The notes under the pieces: model-generated
Seen by the model: only the letters and a program-made list of their open reading frames with translations
Told to the model about the DNA's origin: nothing
Database searches by the model: none
Assembly: GCA_020721255.1 (NCBI GenBank)
Contig: DYND01000003.1
Coordinates: 14,173 to 78,172 of the forward strand
DNA length: 64,000 nucleotides
Origin: Chlorobium chlorochromatii
Lineage (GTDB): Bacteria; Bacteroidota; Chlorobiia; Chlorobiales; Chlorobiaceae
Reading direction: 5' to 3'
Translations under genes and position numbers: made by a program
In this document: positions 54,819 through 64,000 of the stretch, in pieces
Layout of the letters: every line of letters begins with the position of its first letter
Position numbering within the stretch: position 1 is the stretch's first letter

Positions 54819-55568
54819 ATGAAACAGGGATATTTTACAGTATTACTACTTCTCATCACTTACACAGTCTCTCTCGGTTTTTACGTCTGGATGGGCACAA
54901 CGGCGCCAGAGTCCATCTTTCATGCCGCATGGAAAGGCGGACCGATAGTCTCGGTGCTGCTGGCGCTGATACTCATGTTGATAGCCTATACGGTTGAACG
55001 AATTATTGCGTTAAACAAGGCCGCAGGCAAAGGAAATATTCCGGAATTTGTCCGAAGCCTCAAGCTGAATATTGACAATGGCGACATCGATAAGGCAATT
55101 GTACAATGTGACGATCATCAAAGCTCCCTTGCCGCCGTGCTTCGCGCTGTGCTTGATCGTTACAAAAAACTCTCCGAATATAATGTCACCGATCGTGAGA
55201 AAAAGGTGAGTGAAATGGAAAAAGCAGTAGAGGAGGCAACCGTCATGGAAATGCCACTGCTGGAAAATAATTTAGTCGCTATTTCCACCATCGCCTCAAT
55301 CTCAACAATGGTCGGACTTCTGGGAACAACTGTTGGCATGATTCGTGCGTTTACCGCAATGGCAACACAGGGCGCACCTGATGCTGTACAGCTCTCACAA
55401 GGCATCTCTGAAGCGCTCTTCAATACCGCAATCGGTATTTTAGGCGGTATTATGGGCATTATCGCCTATAACGTTTTTACCAGCAGAGTTGACCGCTTCA
55501 CGTATATGATTGATGAAGCAGCTTTCTACATTATACAGACTCTCGGAACCGGGAAACCTGATCGCTGA
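54819..55568 (+). CDS. exbB: MotA/TolQ/ExbB proton channel protein
   Basis: STMVGLLGTTVGMIRAF, GISEALFNTA. Confidence 0.9.
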   Translation: MKQGYFTVLLLLITYTVSLGFYVWMGTTAPESIFHAAWKGGPIVSVLLALILMLIAYTVERIIALNKAAGKGNIPEFVRSLKLNIDNGDIDKAIVQCDDHQSSLAAVLRAVLDRYKKLSEYNVTDREKKVSEMEKAVEEATVMEMPLLENNLVAISTIASISTMVGLLGTTVGMIRAFTAMATQGAPDAVQLSQGISEALFNTAIGILGGIMGIIAYNVFTSRVDRFTYMIDEAAFYIIQTLGTGKPDR

Positions 55569-56101
55569 TGTCGAGAATCAAGCCTAAACGGGTCGGGATA
55601 CGGATTGATATGACGCCAATGGTGGATGTGGCGTTTCTCCTGCTCACTTTTTTCATGCTCACCACCAAGTTTCGTCCGCCGGAAACGGTGAAGATTGATT
55701 TGCCCTCATCGCATTCACAGCTCAAACTACCGGAATCGGATGTTTTGACGGTGACGGTGAGTGGCAACAATACCTTTATGATGGGCGTTTCATCGCAACA
55801 GTCACGGGAAAAAATTTTCAATAGCGTTATAAAGCAAAAACTGCAGGCAGCAGGATTACCTTCGGCGACAATTGCCGACTCACTGAAGCACTTTAAAGTA
55901 GCCGAAAACTTTCGGGTTGAACTGGCCGAACTCGATAAATTTGTTGTTGCTGCCCGCTTTGCTCATCCAAAACTTCGCCCCGTTATCCGTGCCGATGCCA
56001 ATGCAGACTTCGCAGCAGTAAACAAGGTGATCAAAGTTTACAAAAAAGCAAATCTGCTTACCTTCAACCTTGTGACCGTGCTCGAAAAGGAGGGACGCTG
56101 A
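55568..56101 (+). CDS. exbD: ExbD/TolR protein, first copy
   Basis: DMTPMVDVAFLLLTFFML; TGATG coupling with exbB. Confidence 0.9.
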   Translation: MSRIKPKRVGIRIDMTPMVDVAFLLLTFFMLTTKFRPPETVKIDLPSSHSQLKLPESDVLTVTVSGNNTFMMGVSSQQSREKIFNSVIKQKLQAAGLPSATIADSLKHFKVAENFRVELAELDKFVVAARFAHPKLRPVIRADANADFAAVNKVIKVYKKANLLTFNLVTVLEKEGR

Positions 56102-56646
56102 TGGGTCTTGTTGACGCTCCAAACGGTCGGCGACTTTCAAGAAAGGGTAGAAAACGTCCGCAACGACTTGGCTTTCATCTCGATATGACGCCAATGGTGG
56201 ATGTGGCGTTTCTGTTACTTACTTTTTTCATGCTGACAACCACGTTTTCAAAATTCAATACCATGGAAATCAATACACCACCTGAAAAGAGTGAAGTAAG
56301 GGTGGCGGAAAACAACGTCCTGACATTGCGAATAGCTGATGATTCCATGGCCTATTGCTCACTGGGCAGTACGGCACCACAACCATTTCCCCTTTACGAT
56401 TCCCGCGATAGTCGGCAATTAGCGTTGAGCAGTGAGCTGCGTCAACGTTTACAACAGCAGATAGCTGCAAACAAAAAAACAGTGCTTGTCATAAAAATCA
56501 GTGAAAATGCCAAGTATCGACATCTTGTAGCCATTCTTGACGAGCTGAACCTCATGAAAATTGAACGATTCAGTCTGGAGGATTATACCCGGCAAGATGC
56601 TCTTGAAATTCAACGAACATCAAAACCGAAAATAACCGAGCAATAA
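56101..56646 (+). CDS. exbD: ExbD/TolR protein, second copy
   Basis: DMTPMVDVAFLLLTFFML; TGATG coupling. Confidence 0.9.
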   Translation: MGLVDAPNGRRLSRKGRKRPQRLGFHLDMTPMVDVAFLLLTFFMLTTTFSKFNTMEINTPPEKSEVRVAENNVLTLRIADDSMAYCSLGSTAPQPFPLYDSRDSRQLALSSELRQRLQQQIAANKKTVLVIKISENAKYRHLVAILDELNLMKIERFSLEDYTRQDALEIQRTSKPKITEQ

Positions 56647-56649
56647 GCC

Positions 56650-57465
56650 GTGCGCAAAAAAGCCACATTATCGACTTTGGACAACGAGTTTCTTGATACC
56701 GACCGTTTACGCCAAGTGCCTTACGGCAATCTTGTCCTGCGTCGTCAGGCACACTATTTTCTTGCTCAAGGCGTTGTTGTCGGGCTGTTTCTGCTTGCGC
56801 TCTTCTGGTTGGTTGCCGCTAACTGGCAACAGCTTACCCGATGGACAGGCTTGTTTAACAATGATGATGCTCCTATTCTCTCCTATGAAATGGTCACACA
56901 GGTAACGCTGCTTCCTCCGCCAGCGCCCCTCAATCAGCGGCCAACCACTTCATCACCACCAAACGCCGTGCAACATTCATTATCGCCAACAATCGCACCG
57001 CCGACTCCAAATATTGGTATTATCAAACCGGTCAGCCAGACTGAAGTTCCTTCAGAGCAGAGCGTTGCCACACAGAGCGAACAACGACAAGCAACGCAAA
57101 CGCCTGTGCTTGAACGCTCCGCCGGCACCACAGGAGGTGGAGGTGGCGCTGCCATGGGCAGCGATAATGTTCCAATGGTTGTGGCTTACGATACCATGCC
57201 GAGCTTTCGTGAACAGAAAAAACCTCTCTATCCCGAACGAGCGAGATCGGCTGGCATAACGGGAAAAGTGTTTGTTGCTGTACTGATTGGGGAGGATGGA
57301 CGCCCAATCAACGCCAAAGTGACAAAACGGGTTCCTGCCGATTGCGACCTGTTTGATGCAGTGGCCATCAAATCAGTGATGGGATCAAAATATTATCCAG
57401 GGATATTGAACGGTAAACCAATCAAAGTGTGGTTCACCGTTCCTATCCGTTTTCAGCTCGATTAA
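56650..57465 (+). CDS. tonB: TonB family energy transducer
   Basis: TM helix, Pro-rich linker, C-terminal YPERARSAGITGKV...TVPIRFQL. Confidence 0.88.
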   Translation: MRKKATLSTLDNEFLDTDRLRQVPYGNLVLRRQAHYFLAQGVVVGLFLLALFWLVAANWQQLTRWTGLFNNDDAPILSYEMVTQVTLLPPPAPLNQRPTTSSPPNAVQHSLSPTIAPPTPNIGIIKPVSQTEVPSEQSVATQSEQRQATQTPVLERSAGTTGGGGGAAMGSDNVPMVVAYDTMPSFREQKKPLYPERARSAGITGKVFVAVLIGEDGRPINAKVTKRVPADCDLFDAVAIKSVMGSKYYPGILNGKPIKVWFTVPIRFQLD

Positions 57466-57740
57466 GCAGGTTGCTTTTTATGCGACTTTGGTCGGTAGAG
57501 AATGGCAAAAACTATCCAGAGATAGGAGCCAATAAGCAGAACAGGACTGATATAGAGCGCAAAAATACCATCAACCTCTCTCTCCAGGTACATCCCGAGA
57601 TAAGTGCCGGCAATTACCAATGCTCCGAAAGCAAGCATCATATAATTGATTGCTTTGAGCGGCATAACTGGTAGTTGCTCAGAAGCTTTTTTCTGTGGCT
57701 GTTGCTGCTGCTGTTGCGTTTTCTTCGGTAAAGATTTCAT
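57462..57740 (-). CDS. Small two-TM membrane protein (DUF3098-like)
   Basis: Basic N-terminus, NYMML, two hydrophobic helices, AILYRPK ending. Confidence 0.7.
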   Translation of the reverse strand: MKSLPKKTQQQQQQPQKKASEQLPVMPLKAINYMMLAFGALVIAGTYLGMYLEREVDGIFALYISPVLLIGSYLWIVFAILYRPKSHKKQPA

Positions 57741-58911
57741 CAAGTGTTGTAAGACAATGTTGAGCCTCTTCCATGCTGAGAGTCAGCGGAGGAAGAAGCC
57801 GAATAACGTTAACGCTGGTTGCGTTAATAAGCACATGCTTTTCCAGCGCTTTGGTGACGTAATATTTAGCCTCTTTATCAACCGTAACGCCAATCATCAA
57901 ACCATATTGGCGAATCTCAAGAATTTGCGGATGTTTTGCTGCCATCTTGTTCAATGCGTCGCTCATAAAAGCGCCGACAGTTGCCGCATTCTCCATCAAC
58001 TTATCAGTGTAGATAGCATCAATCATGGCAATACCCGCCGCGCACGCCACCGGATTACCTCCAAACGTGGTTCCATGATTGCCATAGCTCAGTACATCCT
58101 CAACTTTGCTGTTCCCGATAACGGCCGACAAAGGCAAACCGCCACCAAGCGGTTTAGCAAGGCAAACCATATCAGGATCCGCATCGGCGTGCATATAGCT
58201 GAAGAATTTGCCGGTTCGTCCGCAACCAGCCTGAATATCATCGGCAACAATTAGAAAATTGTATTGTTCACGCAGTTCTTTCAATCGATCAATAAATTCC
58301 TGAGATATCCGATGAATACCACCTTCACCCTGCACCACTTCAACAAAAATGGCAGCAGTTTTTTCGGAAACTTTTGCTTCAAGATCGGCAATATCATTGA
58401 ACGCAATCATGCCGGTTTCCGGCAGCAAAGGTTCAAATCCATCGACATATTTTGCCTTCGCCGTCAGCGACATGGCGCCATACGTTCTACCATGAAAGCA
58501 GTTGCTCAGCGACAAAACCTCTTTTTTCTCAGGATCGCCAAACTGGCCAGCCCATTTTCTTGCCATTTTGATAGCCGCTTCAATCGCCTCCGTACCGCTA
58601 TTAGCAAAAAAGACCTTCGACATTCCCGAAAGTTCAAGCAGCTTTGCAGCAAGCTCAAACTGCGGTTGCATCATAAACAGGTTCGATGCATGAATCAGTT
58701 TTGCAGTCTGCTCGCTTATAGCATCTATAAGGCGTTTGTCGCCATAGCCGAGCGCATTAACGCCAATGCCTGCAATCATATCGAGATAACGGGTGCCGTC
58801 ATCACTGACGAGCCATACGCCTTCGCCATGTGTTATGGCAAGCGGCAGCCGTGCGTAATTATGAAAAAAGAGACTTTTTTCGGTCTCAAGAGTAATCGGT
58901 AATGATGTCAT
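57679..58911 (-). CDS. argD: Acetylornithine aminotransferase (class III PLP)
   Basis: [49 protein letters not shown]; start chosen at MTSLP. Confidence 0.93.
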   Translation of the reverse strand: MTSLPITLETEKSLFFHNYARLPLAITHGEGVWLVSDDGTRYLDMIAGIGVNALGYGDKRLIDAISEQTAKLIHASNLFMMQPQFELAAKLLELSGMSKVFFANSGTEAIEAAIKMARKWAGQFGDPEKKEVLSLSNCFHGRTYGAMSLTAKAKYVDGFEPLLPETGMIAFNDIADLEAKVSEKTAAIFVEVVQGEGGIHRISQEFIDRLKELREQYNFLIVADDIQAGCGRTGKFFSYMHADADPDMVCLAKPLGGGLPLSAVIGNSKVEDVLSYGNHGTTFGGNPVACAAGIAMIDAIYTDKLMENAATVGAFMSDALNKMAAKHPQILEIRQYGLMIGVTVDKEAKYYVTKALEKHVLINATSVNVIRLLPPLTLSMEEAQHCLTTLDEIFTEENATAAATATEKSF

Positions 58912-59264
58912 GCTCTCTCTATTCTTAAAATTCTCAAGGAAAAATTCTTCAGCACAAGCTAACTGTATTGCGTTGAAACGCTTTATCAAACGGAGTATTG
59001 AACCCGCCACAATAACTTATTGCGGCTTAATCTACGGAAAAAATAAATTACTGGAGAAAGGGAAACGCTGTGTTGATGGTGCCGGATTCCTCACCGTCAA
59101 CAAATCGCTTATGTTGCGATGGTTTTGCGGCGGTTTGGTTGTTATTGGTGTATAACGGGATTATCTTGGGTGGTTGCCAGCAAGTATTTTTATGCTATTA
59201 TAAGACAATAAAAGATGCCGCCGAAACCGCGGGGAAAAAAATGAACAAGTCAAAACGGCGGATA

Positions 59265-59450
59265 ATGCTTGAGACAGAAGCGAAACTGAGAGTTCAGGAA
59301 GATATTTTGCAAAGTGTTGCTGCAGAAAGAATTATCGCAGTTATTCAGCATGAACCATTCGACTACACCTCGTGGCAAAGAGCATTATGGGATGATAAAA
59401 GCATTGAAGAAATAAGTCGCATGGCAGCGGAACAACCATATCCGCGTTGA
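59265..59450 (+). CDS. Small hypothetical protein, antitoxin-like, possibly degenerate
   Basis: AERIIAVIQHEPFDYTSWQRALWDDKSIEEIS resembles small proteins I recall being paired with PIN toxins; start uncertain (59241 or 59265). Confidence 0.5.
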   Translation: MLETEAKLRVQEDILQSVAAERIIAVIQHEPFDYTSWQRALWDDKSIEEISRMAAEQPYPR

Positions 59451-59525
59451 TGTGAGAAATTATTTACGGCTTTATGCAAAAGTTAGATTCATATTAGCAA
59501 GCGATAAATAAGACTTGAGAAAAAT

Positions 59526-59777
59526 ATGGTAAGCAATCTAAAGGTATTAAACATCCCTCAAGACATATTGGATTCGGCACGCCTGACAATAAATGAGTTG
59601 AGAACCGAGATAGCTGTCAGCTTGTATGCTCAGCGCCGCCTTTCAATCGGAAAGGCACATGAGCTGGCCGATATGTCATTGTGGGAATTCCGTCAACTTC
59701 TGGCATTCCGACGCATTTCACCTGATTATGATGTCTCTGACCTGGATGATGATATAGTAACACTTCAGGAATTATGA
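59526..59777 (+). CDS. UPF0175-family protein (putative antitoxin)
   Basis: ELRTEIAVSLY..RLSIGKAHELADMSLWEFRQLL...YDVSDLDDD. Confidence 0.8.
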   Translation: MVSNLKVLNIPQDILDSARLTINELRTEIAVSLYAQRRLSIGKAHELADMSLWEFRQLLAFRRISPDYDVSDLDDDIVTLQEL

Positions 59778-59982
59778 AGACTATGAAGGTGACTTTTGGA
59801 ACATTATGAATCCAGAATTGGTTGGTGGTGACAAGTACAGGTTTGAGTGAATGGCATGGAATTTTTTGAGAGAAAATATCGTCGGCTATTTTGTTATGTT
59901 TTACATTAATATTTAAAACGATAAAGCATCTGTGCCTCAATTATTATCAAAAACGGAAATTATTCCAAAGAGGTTAGAAGAA

Positions 59983-60765
59983 ATGGTAATGCACAAAGTT
60001 TCTTCTACTGTTAACAGTAGAGATAACTTAGCTGCTTATCGGGATCAGTTTATTTGTGGAGACGCATTAAAGGTGATGCGTCAGATGCCAAGTTCCAGTT
60101 TAGATCTTGTCGTTACCTCTCCACCATATAATCTGAAAAATTCCACCGGTAATGGGATGAAAGACGGCCGAGGTGGCAAATGGGCTAATGCCGCTCTTGT
60201 TAATGGTTACTCTGATCATGACGACAATATGCCTCATGATGAATACGCCCAATGGCAGCGTGATTGTTTAGCTGAAATGTTTCGTCTGATTAAGGATGAT
60301 GGCGCCATTTTTTACAACCATAAATGGCGTGTACAAGCGGGTTTGTTGCAAGATCGTCAAGATATTGTTGCTGGTTTTCCTGTACGTCAAATCATTATCT
60401 GGCGCAGAAAAGGAGGATTTAATTTCAATAAAGGTTATTTCTTACCTACTTATGAAGTAATCTATATGATTTGTAAAAAGAATTTCGTTTTGGCGAAGGG
60501 CGCTAATGCTTATGGTGATATTTGGGAATTTACTCAGGAAATGAAAAACGAGCATCCTGCTCCATTTCCTGTTGCTCTTATTGAGCGTATTATTTCAAGT
60601 ACGGATGCACAGATTATTCTTGACCCGTTTATGGGAAGCGGAACAACAGCTATTGCAGCGAAACAACTCAATCGTTTTTTTATTGGTATTGAGTTGTCAT
60701 CGGAATACGTTGATCTGTCAAAAAAGCGTTTGGAAAGAGCCCTTAACACACTTCGATTATTTTGA
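59983..60765 (+). CDS. Site-specific DNA methyltransferase, beta class (N4-C/N6-A; SPPY suggests m4C)
   Basis: VTSPPYN before ILDPFMGSGTT; HPAPFP; start uncertain (59932-59989). Confidence 0.92.
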   Translation: MVMHKVSSTVNSRDNLAAYRDQFICGDALKVMRQMPSSSLDLVVTSPPYNLKNSTGNGMKDGRGGKWANAALVNGYSDHDDNMPHDEYAQWQRDCLAEMFRLIKDDGAIFYNHKWRVQAGLLQDRQDIVAGFPVRQIIIWRRKGGFNFNKGYFLPTYEVIYMICKKNFVLAKGANAYGDIWEFTQEMKNEHPAPFPVALIERIISSTDAQIILDPFMGSGTTAIAAKQLNRFFIGIELSSEYVDLSKKRLERALNTLRLF

Positions 60766-61550
60766 TGAAAAAAATCTATACAAAAGTCTCATTGATTGCG
60801 GCTTTGCGCGAGATCAGGAATATGGGATGGATTGAAAACCGTCGCCATGGAAATGATGGTGGTATTGGCAATACAATAGAGGATTTACTTGGCATAGAAG
60901 AAAATAATTTACCCATTCCGAATGCTGCTGAATGGGAGTTAAAATGTCAACGATCAAACACATCAGCTCTTACAACATTGATGCACATGGAGCCCTCCCC
61001 TCGCACTTTGTCTTTGGTGTCATCGTTATTGCTGCCAAAATATGGGTGGGCGCATCAGCAAGCTGGCAGAAAATATTCTGAAGACGAAATGAGCTTTCGA
61101 TCGACCATTAATGCGCTATCAAGAACCGACAGAGGCTTTGGAATTAAGGTAAATCATGAAGAGAGACGTGTTGAAGTTTCTTTTGAATCTGAAGCAATTG
61201 ACCCGCGGCACAAGGAATGGATAGACACAGTTAATAACCGAATTGGTTTACAAGAGTTAAATCCACAGCCTTACTGGGGATTCGATGATCTGTTTCATAA
61301 AGCAGCAACCAAACTTGGTAACTGCTTTTATATCAAAGCCGATGTAAAAAAAATTGATGGCAAAGAGCATTACTCATATCGTGAAATTTTTATGTTAAAA
61401 GGCTTATCACAAAGCAAGTTTATTACGGCAATCGAAGCAGGCAATCTGTTAGTAGATTTTGATGCACGTAGCGGACACAATCACGGCACAAAAATAAGAT
61501 TACGGCAAAACTGTATGCCCGAAATCTACGAAACAGCAGAGAAACTGTGA
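60765..61550 (+). CDS. MvaI/BcnI-family restriction endonuclease
   Basis: DGGIGNTIEDLLGIEENNLPIPN, WELK, HNHGTKIRL; TGATG coupling to the methyltransferase. Confidence 0.85.
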   Translation: MKKIYTKVSLIAALREIRNMGWIENRRHGNDGGIGNTIEDLLGIEENNLPIPNAAEWELKCQRSNTSALTTLMHMEPSPRTLSLVSSLLLPKYGWAHQQAGRKYSEDEMSFRSTINALSRTDRGFGIKVNHEERRVEVSFESEAIDPRHKEWIDTVNNRIGLQELNPQPYWGFDDLFHKAATKLGNCFYIKADVKKIDGKEHYSYREIFMLKGLSQSKFITAIEAGNLLVDFDARSGHNHGTKIRLRQNCMPEIYETAEKL

Positions 61551-61639
61551 TATGCCGTTGAGCAAATTTCAGAATAGTGATATTGTAATTGTATTTTTTC
61601 AATAGCAATCCCTCTAATCAACTTCCCCACCCCAACCGA

Positions 61640-63142
61640 TCAAAACCTCAGCCGAAACGTCGTCCCTCGATCCAGTTCACTTGCAACGCTCACTTTAATA
61701 TGCTGCAAATCGGCAAGCTTTTTCACGATTGAAAGCCCAAGCCCCAACCCGCCCGTGCTTGAGGTGCGGGATTCATCAACGCGGTAAAAGCGGTCGAAAA
61801 TCGCGTGCAATTTTTCTTCGGGAATGCCAATACCTTCATCGCTTATGCTGCATGTTACGGTATCGCCCGACTGTTCAACAGCAATAGTAATTGATGAACC
61901 TGACAGCGAATACTTCACCGCGTTCGACAAAATATTCTCCACCATCATCTCTACCATACCTGCATCGGCGGCAACCGTTACGTTATCTGCACAGGTCACC
62001 GTCATGGCAATGCCTTTAGCTTGTGCTGAAGAACGGACTCGCTCAACAACGTTGTTGATATGTTGCGATAGTCTAAGGGTTTCAATGTGTGGCTGCATAG
62101 TGCTGCTCTCATGTCGGGCAAGCAGAAGCAGTTGCTCAAGCATACGTCCCATACGGTTCAGCTCATGCAGGCAGAGGTGAATTTTAGCTTCGTAATGTTC
62201 CCGTTCGCGTGGTTTGCGTACCAGCACTTCAAGCGTGCCCTTCACCACGGCAAGCGGAGTTTTCAGCTCATGCGAAGCATCGGCAGTAAAATTCTTTTCA
62301 CGCTGAAACGCATCCTGCATTCTCCCAAAAAGTGCGTTGATAGTTGCCACAAGGCGATAAAGTTCATCACGATGATTCGGTAACGGAATACGCTGATCGA
62401 GCTTTGTTTGCGACATCTGTTCGGCTGTTGCAATAACCTTTTCAATCGGGCGGATGCTTCTGCCGGCAATGGAGCGCGTCAGCACAAAAAGCGTGAGAAT
62501 AATCAGAGGAAAGGCGACAAGAAAAATATCCTGCAAATCGCGCAGCACAATGATGGCGTTTTTCATAGGAACAGCAACAAGCAGGTAGCCGGTCACCGCG
62601 CCACTGGTGTTGAATAGTGGCACCTGAACTTGACGGACGGTTGAGTTCCCTACACGGCTATTAAAAAAGGATATGCCACTCCGATGCCGTTCAGTCTGCA
62701 GCATGTTCTGATTCAGATTTGCTGATTTTATCATCATTGCGCCTGAGCTGTTCGCAAGCTGTACAAACTCGGGATCAACATCTCTCTTTTTTTTCTTCCA
62801 ATGATAACTCCGTTCATCCTTGAGATGGTGATGCTGTTTCCTCTCTTTATGGCTATCATCATCGTTGATTTCATGCTCAAGAAAGAGGGCAAATTCTGTG
62901 ATGTCATGGCCTGTTCTGCTGGGAAACGGTAACATTTCAGCAACTTCATGCTGAAGCTCTTCATCAACATGGCGATAAACAACCCGATCAACGGTAAAGT
63001 AAATTGCCGTAAAGACAAGCAGAATCAGAACCGCAGTAGCAGTAGTGTAGTACAGCGCTATTCGATTGCGCAAGCTCATGTTCCACCAGCGCGCATCCGA
63101 GCGCCGCTCTTGCGGAAAAGTGGTGTGCGGCTCATTGTTCAT
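61640..63142 (-). CDS. Sensor histidine kinase with HAMP domain (CusS/ArlS-like)
   Basis: Two TM helices, FTADASHELKTPL, NILSNAVKY, DEGIGI, FYRVD, GLGLGLSIV. Confidence 0.93.
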   Translation of the reverse strand: MNNEPHTTFPQERRSDARWWNMSLRNRIALYYTTATAVLILLVFTAIYFTVDRVVYRHVDEELQHEVAEMLPFPSRTGHDITEFALFLEHEINDDDSHKERKQHHHLKDERSYHWKKKKRDVDPEFVQLANSSGAMMIKSANLNQNMLQTERHRSGISFFNSRVGNSTVRQVQVPLFNTSGAVTGYLLVAVPMKNAIIVLRDLQDIFLVAFPLIILTLFVLTRSIAGRSIRPIEKVIATAEQMSQTKLDQRIPLPNHRDELYRLVATINALFGRMQDAFQREKNFTADASHELKTPLAVVKGTLEVLVRKPREREHYEAKIHLCLHELNRMGRMLEQLLLLARHESSTMQPHIETLRLSQHINNVVERVRSSAQAKGIAMTVTCADNVTVAADAGMVEMMVENILSNAVKYSLSGSSITIAVEQSGDTVTCSISDEGIGIPEEKLHAIFDRFYRVDESRTSSTGGLGLGLSIVKKLADLQHIKVSVASELDRGTTFRLRF

Positions 63143-63816
63143 GGGGATGCAGGTTCACGAACAATATAGCCAACGCCTCGGATAGTGTGGATAAGCTGTT
63201 CACAACCAGCCGCTTCAAGTTTACGGCGCAGAAAAGTGATATACACATCAATCACTGATGTATCGGAATCAAAATGAATATCCCACACATGTTCAATAAT
63301 GCGGCTTCGTGTGCAGACACGCTCTTTGTTGCGCACCAGATATTCCAGCAGAGCAAACTCTTTCGGGGTAAGGGTGAGCTCCTCTTCGCCAGAAAACACC
63401 TGATGTGTTGCAGGATTAATCGTAAGCATTCCAGCGCGGAGCATATCATCAGTGCTGTTTTTGCTACGGAGCTGCACTCGGATGCGCGCTAACAACTCTT
63501 CAAACTCGAATGGCTTTTTCATATAATCGTTCGCGCCGGCATCAAGCCCGAAGACCACATCGTCAACCGTATCTTTTGCAGTCAAAAAAAGAATCGGCAC
63601 AAGGCTGCCGGCTTTACGAAGCTGCCGGCACACCTCAATACCGCTCAATGCAGGAATCATCCAGTCAACAATCAGCAAATCATACTCATTGGTAAGAGCA
63701 AAATCAAGACCACGTTTGCCATCATACGCAAGATCAACGGCAAAGTACTCCTCTTCAAGTCCCTCTTTCAGGAAACCGGCGATTCCCGGCTCATCTTCAA
63801 TAATGAGTATTCTCAT
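63139..63816 (-). CDS. OmpR-family response regulator
   Basis: ILIIEDE, DWMIP, FLTAKD, LTPKEFALL, LRRKL, IRGVGY. Confidence 0.95.
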   Translation of the reverse strand: MRILIIEDEPGIAGFLKEGLEEEYFAVDLAYDGKRGLDFALTNEYDLLIVDWMIPALSGIEVCRQLRKAGSLVPILFLTAKDTVDDVVFGLDAGANDYMKKPFEFEELLARIRVQLRSKNSTDDMLRAGMLTINPATHQVFSGEEELTLTPKEFALLEYLVRNKERVCTRSRIIEHVWDIHFDSDTSVIDVYITFLRRKLEAAGCEQLIHTIRGVGYIVREPASP

Positions 63817-63834
63817 CTGCTGACGTTCAAAGAG

Positions 63835-64000
63835 TTAATCGTGATCTTCATCATTTTTTTCAGATGTTTTTGAAAGAGCAAGAATATCAGCAAGTACCTC
63901 TTTTGGATTTTTTCCATTGCTTCGTGCAATCTGCTCAACAGTAGCCGCAGGATTGTTCACAATAATTCCCTTACGACTCAGCTCATCAGCAAGTGCCTGC
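63835..64000 (-). CDS. 3' end of a hypothetical protein (DUF4405-like), start outside the window
   Basis: Manual translation QALADELSRKGIIVNNPAATVEQIARSNGKNPKEVLADILALSKTSEKNDEDHD*. Confidence 0.55.
   Translation of the reverse strand, partial: QALADELSRKGIIVNNPAATVEQIARSNGKNPKEVLADILALSKTSEKNDEDHD

Noticed and set aside
1-64000. DGR reverse transcriptase or template repeat; CRISPR array; transposase or integrase; rRNA
   Set aside because: No ORF in the track shows RT (YxDD), Cas, transposase or integrase motifs, and by eye I found no second copy of the variable repeat and no regularly spaced repeats. A computed self-alignment would be more sensitive.

Overview
Chromosomal window from a green sulfur bacterium (Chlorobiaceae), as shown by fmoA, a crtC-petC-petB cluster and Chlorobi-type leu/cimA genes. 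It is mostly housekeeping DNA: the str/S10 ribosomal operons, a MacAB-TolC efflux system, an ABC-F ATPase, era, rodA, mtaB, apt, ftsH, gltX, tRNA-Phe, ispE, lnt, purT, ilvN-ilvC-leuBCD-cimA, the C-terminal half of a split carB, ribBA, glyA, dnaG, exbBDD-tonB, argD and a two-component system. Three small accessory patches interrupt it. (1) At about 14.4-16.3 kb is what looks like a stand-alone target locus of a diversity-generating retroelement (DGR): an exported DUF1566/C-type-lectin gene whose 3' end is strongly enriched in NNC codons, followed by a perfect GC-rich hairpin and a short ORF resembling the start of an avd gene. I found no reverse transcriptase or template repeat in the window. 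(2) At about 40.1-41.0 kb are three decayed toxin-antitoxin genes, directly upstream of an ilvN that lacks its usual ilvB partner. (3) At about 59.2-61.6 kb is an AT-rich islet with orphan antitoxin-like genes and an MvaI/BcnI-family restriction-modification pair. A candidate structured small RNA lies at about 7.69-7.85 kb. All calls come from reading the sequence and recalling motifs; no database searches were run.
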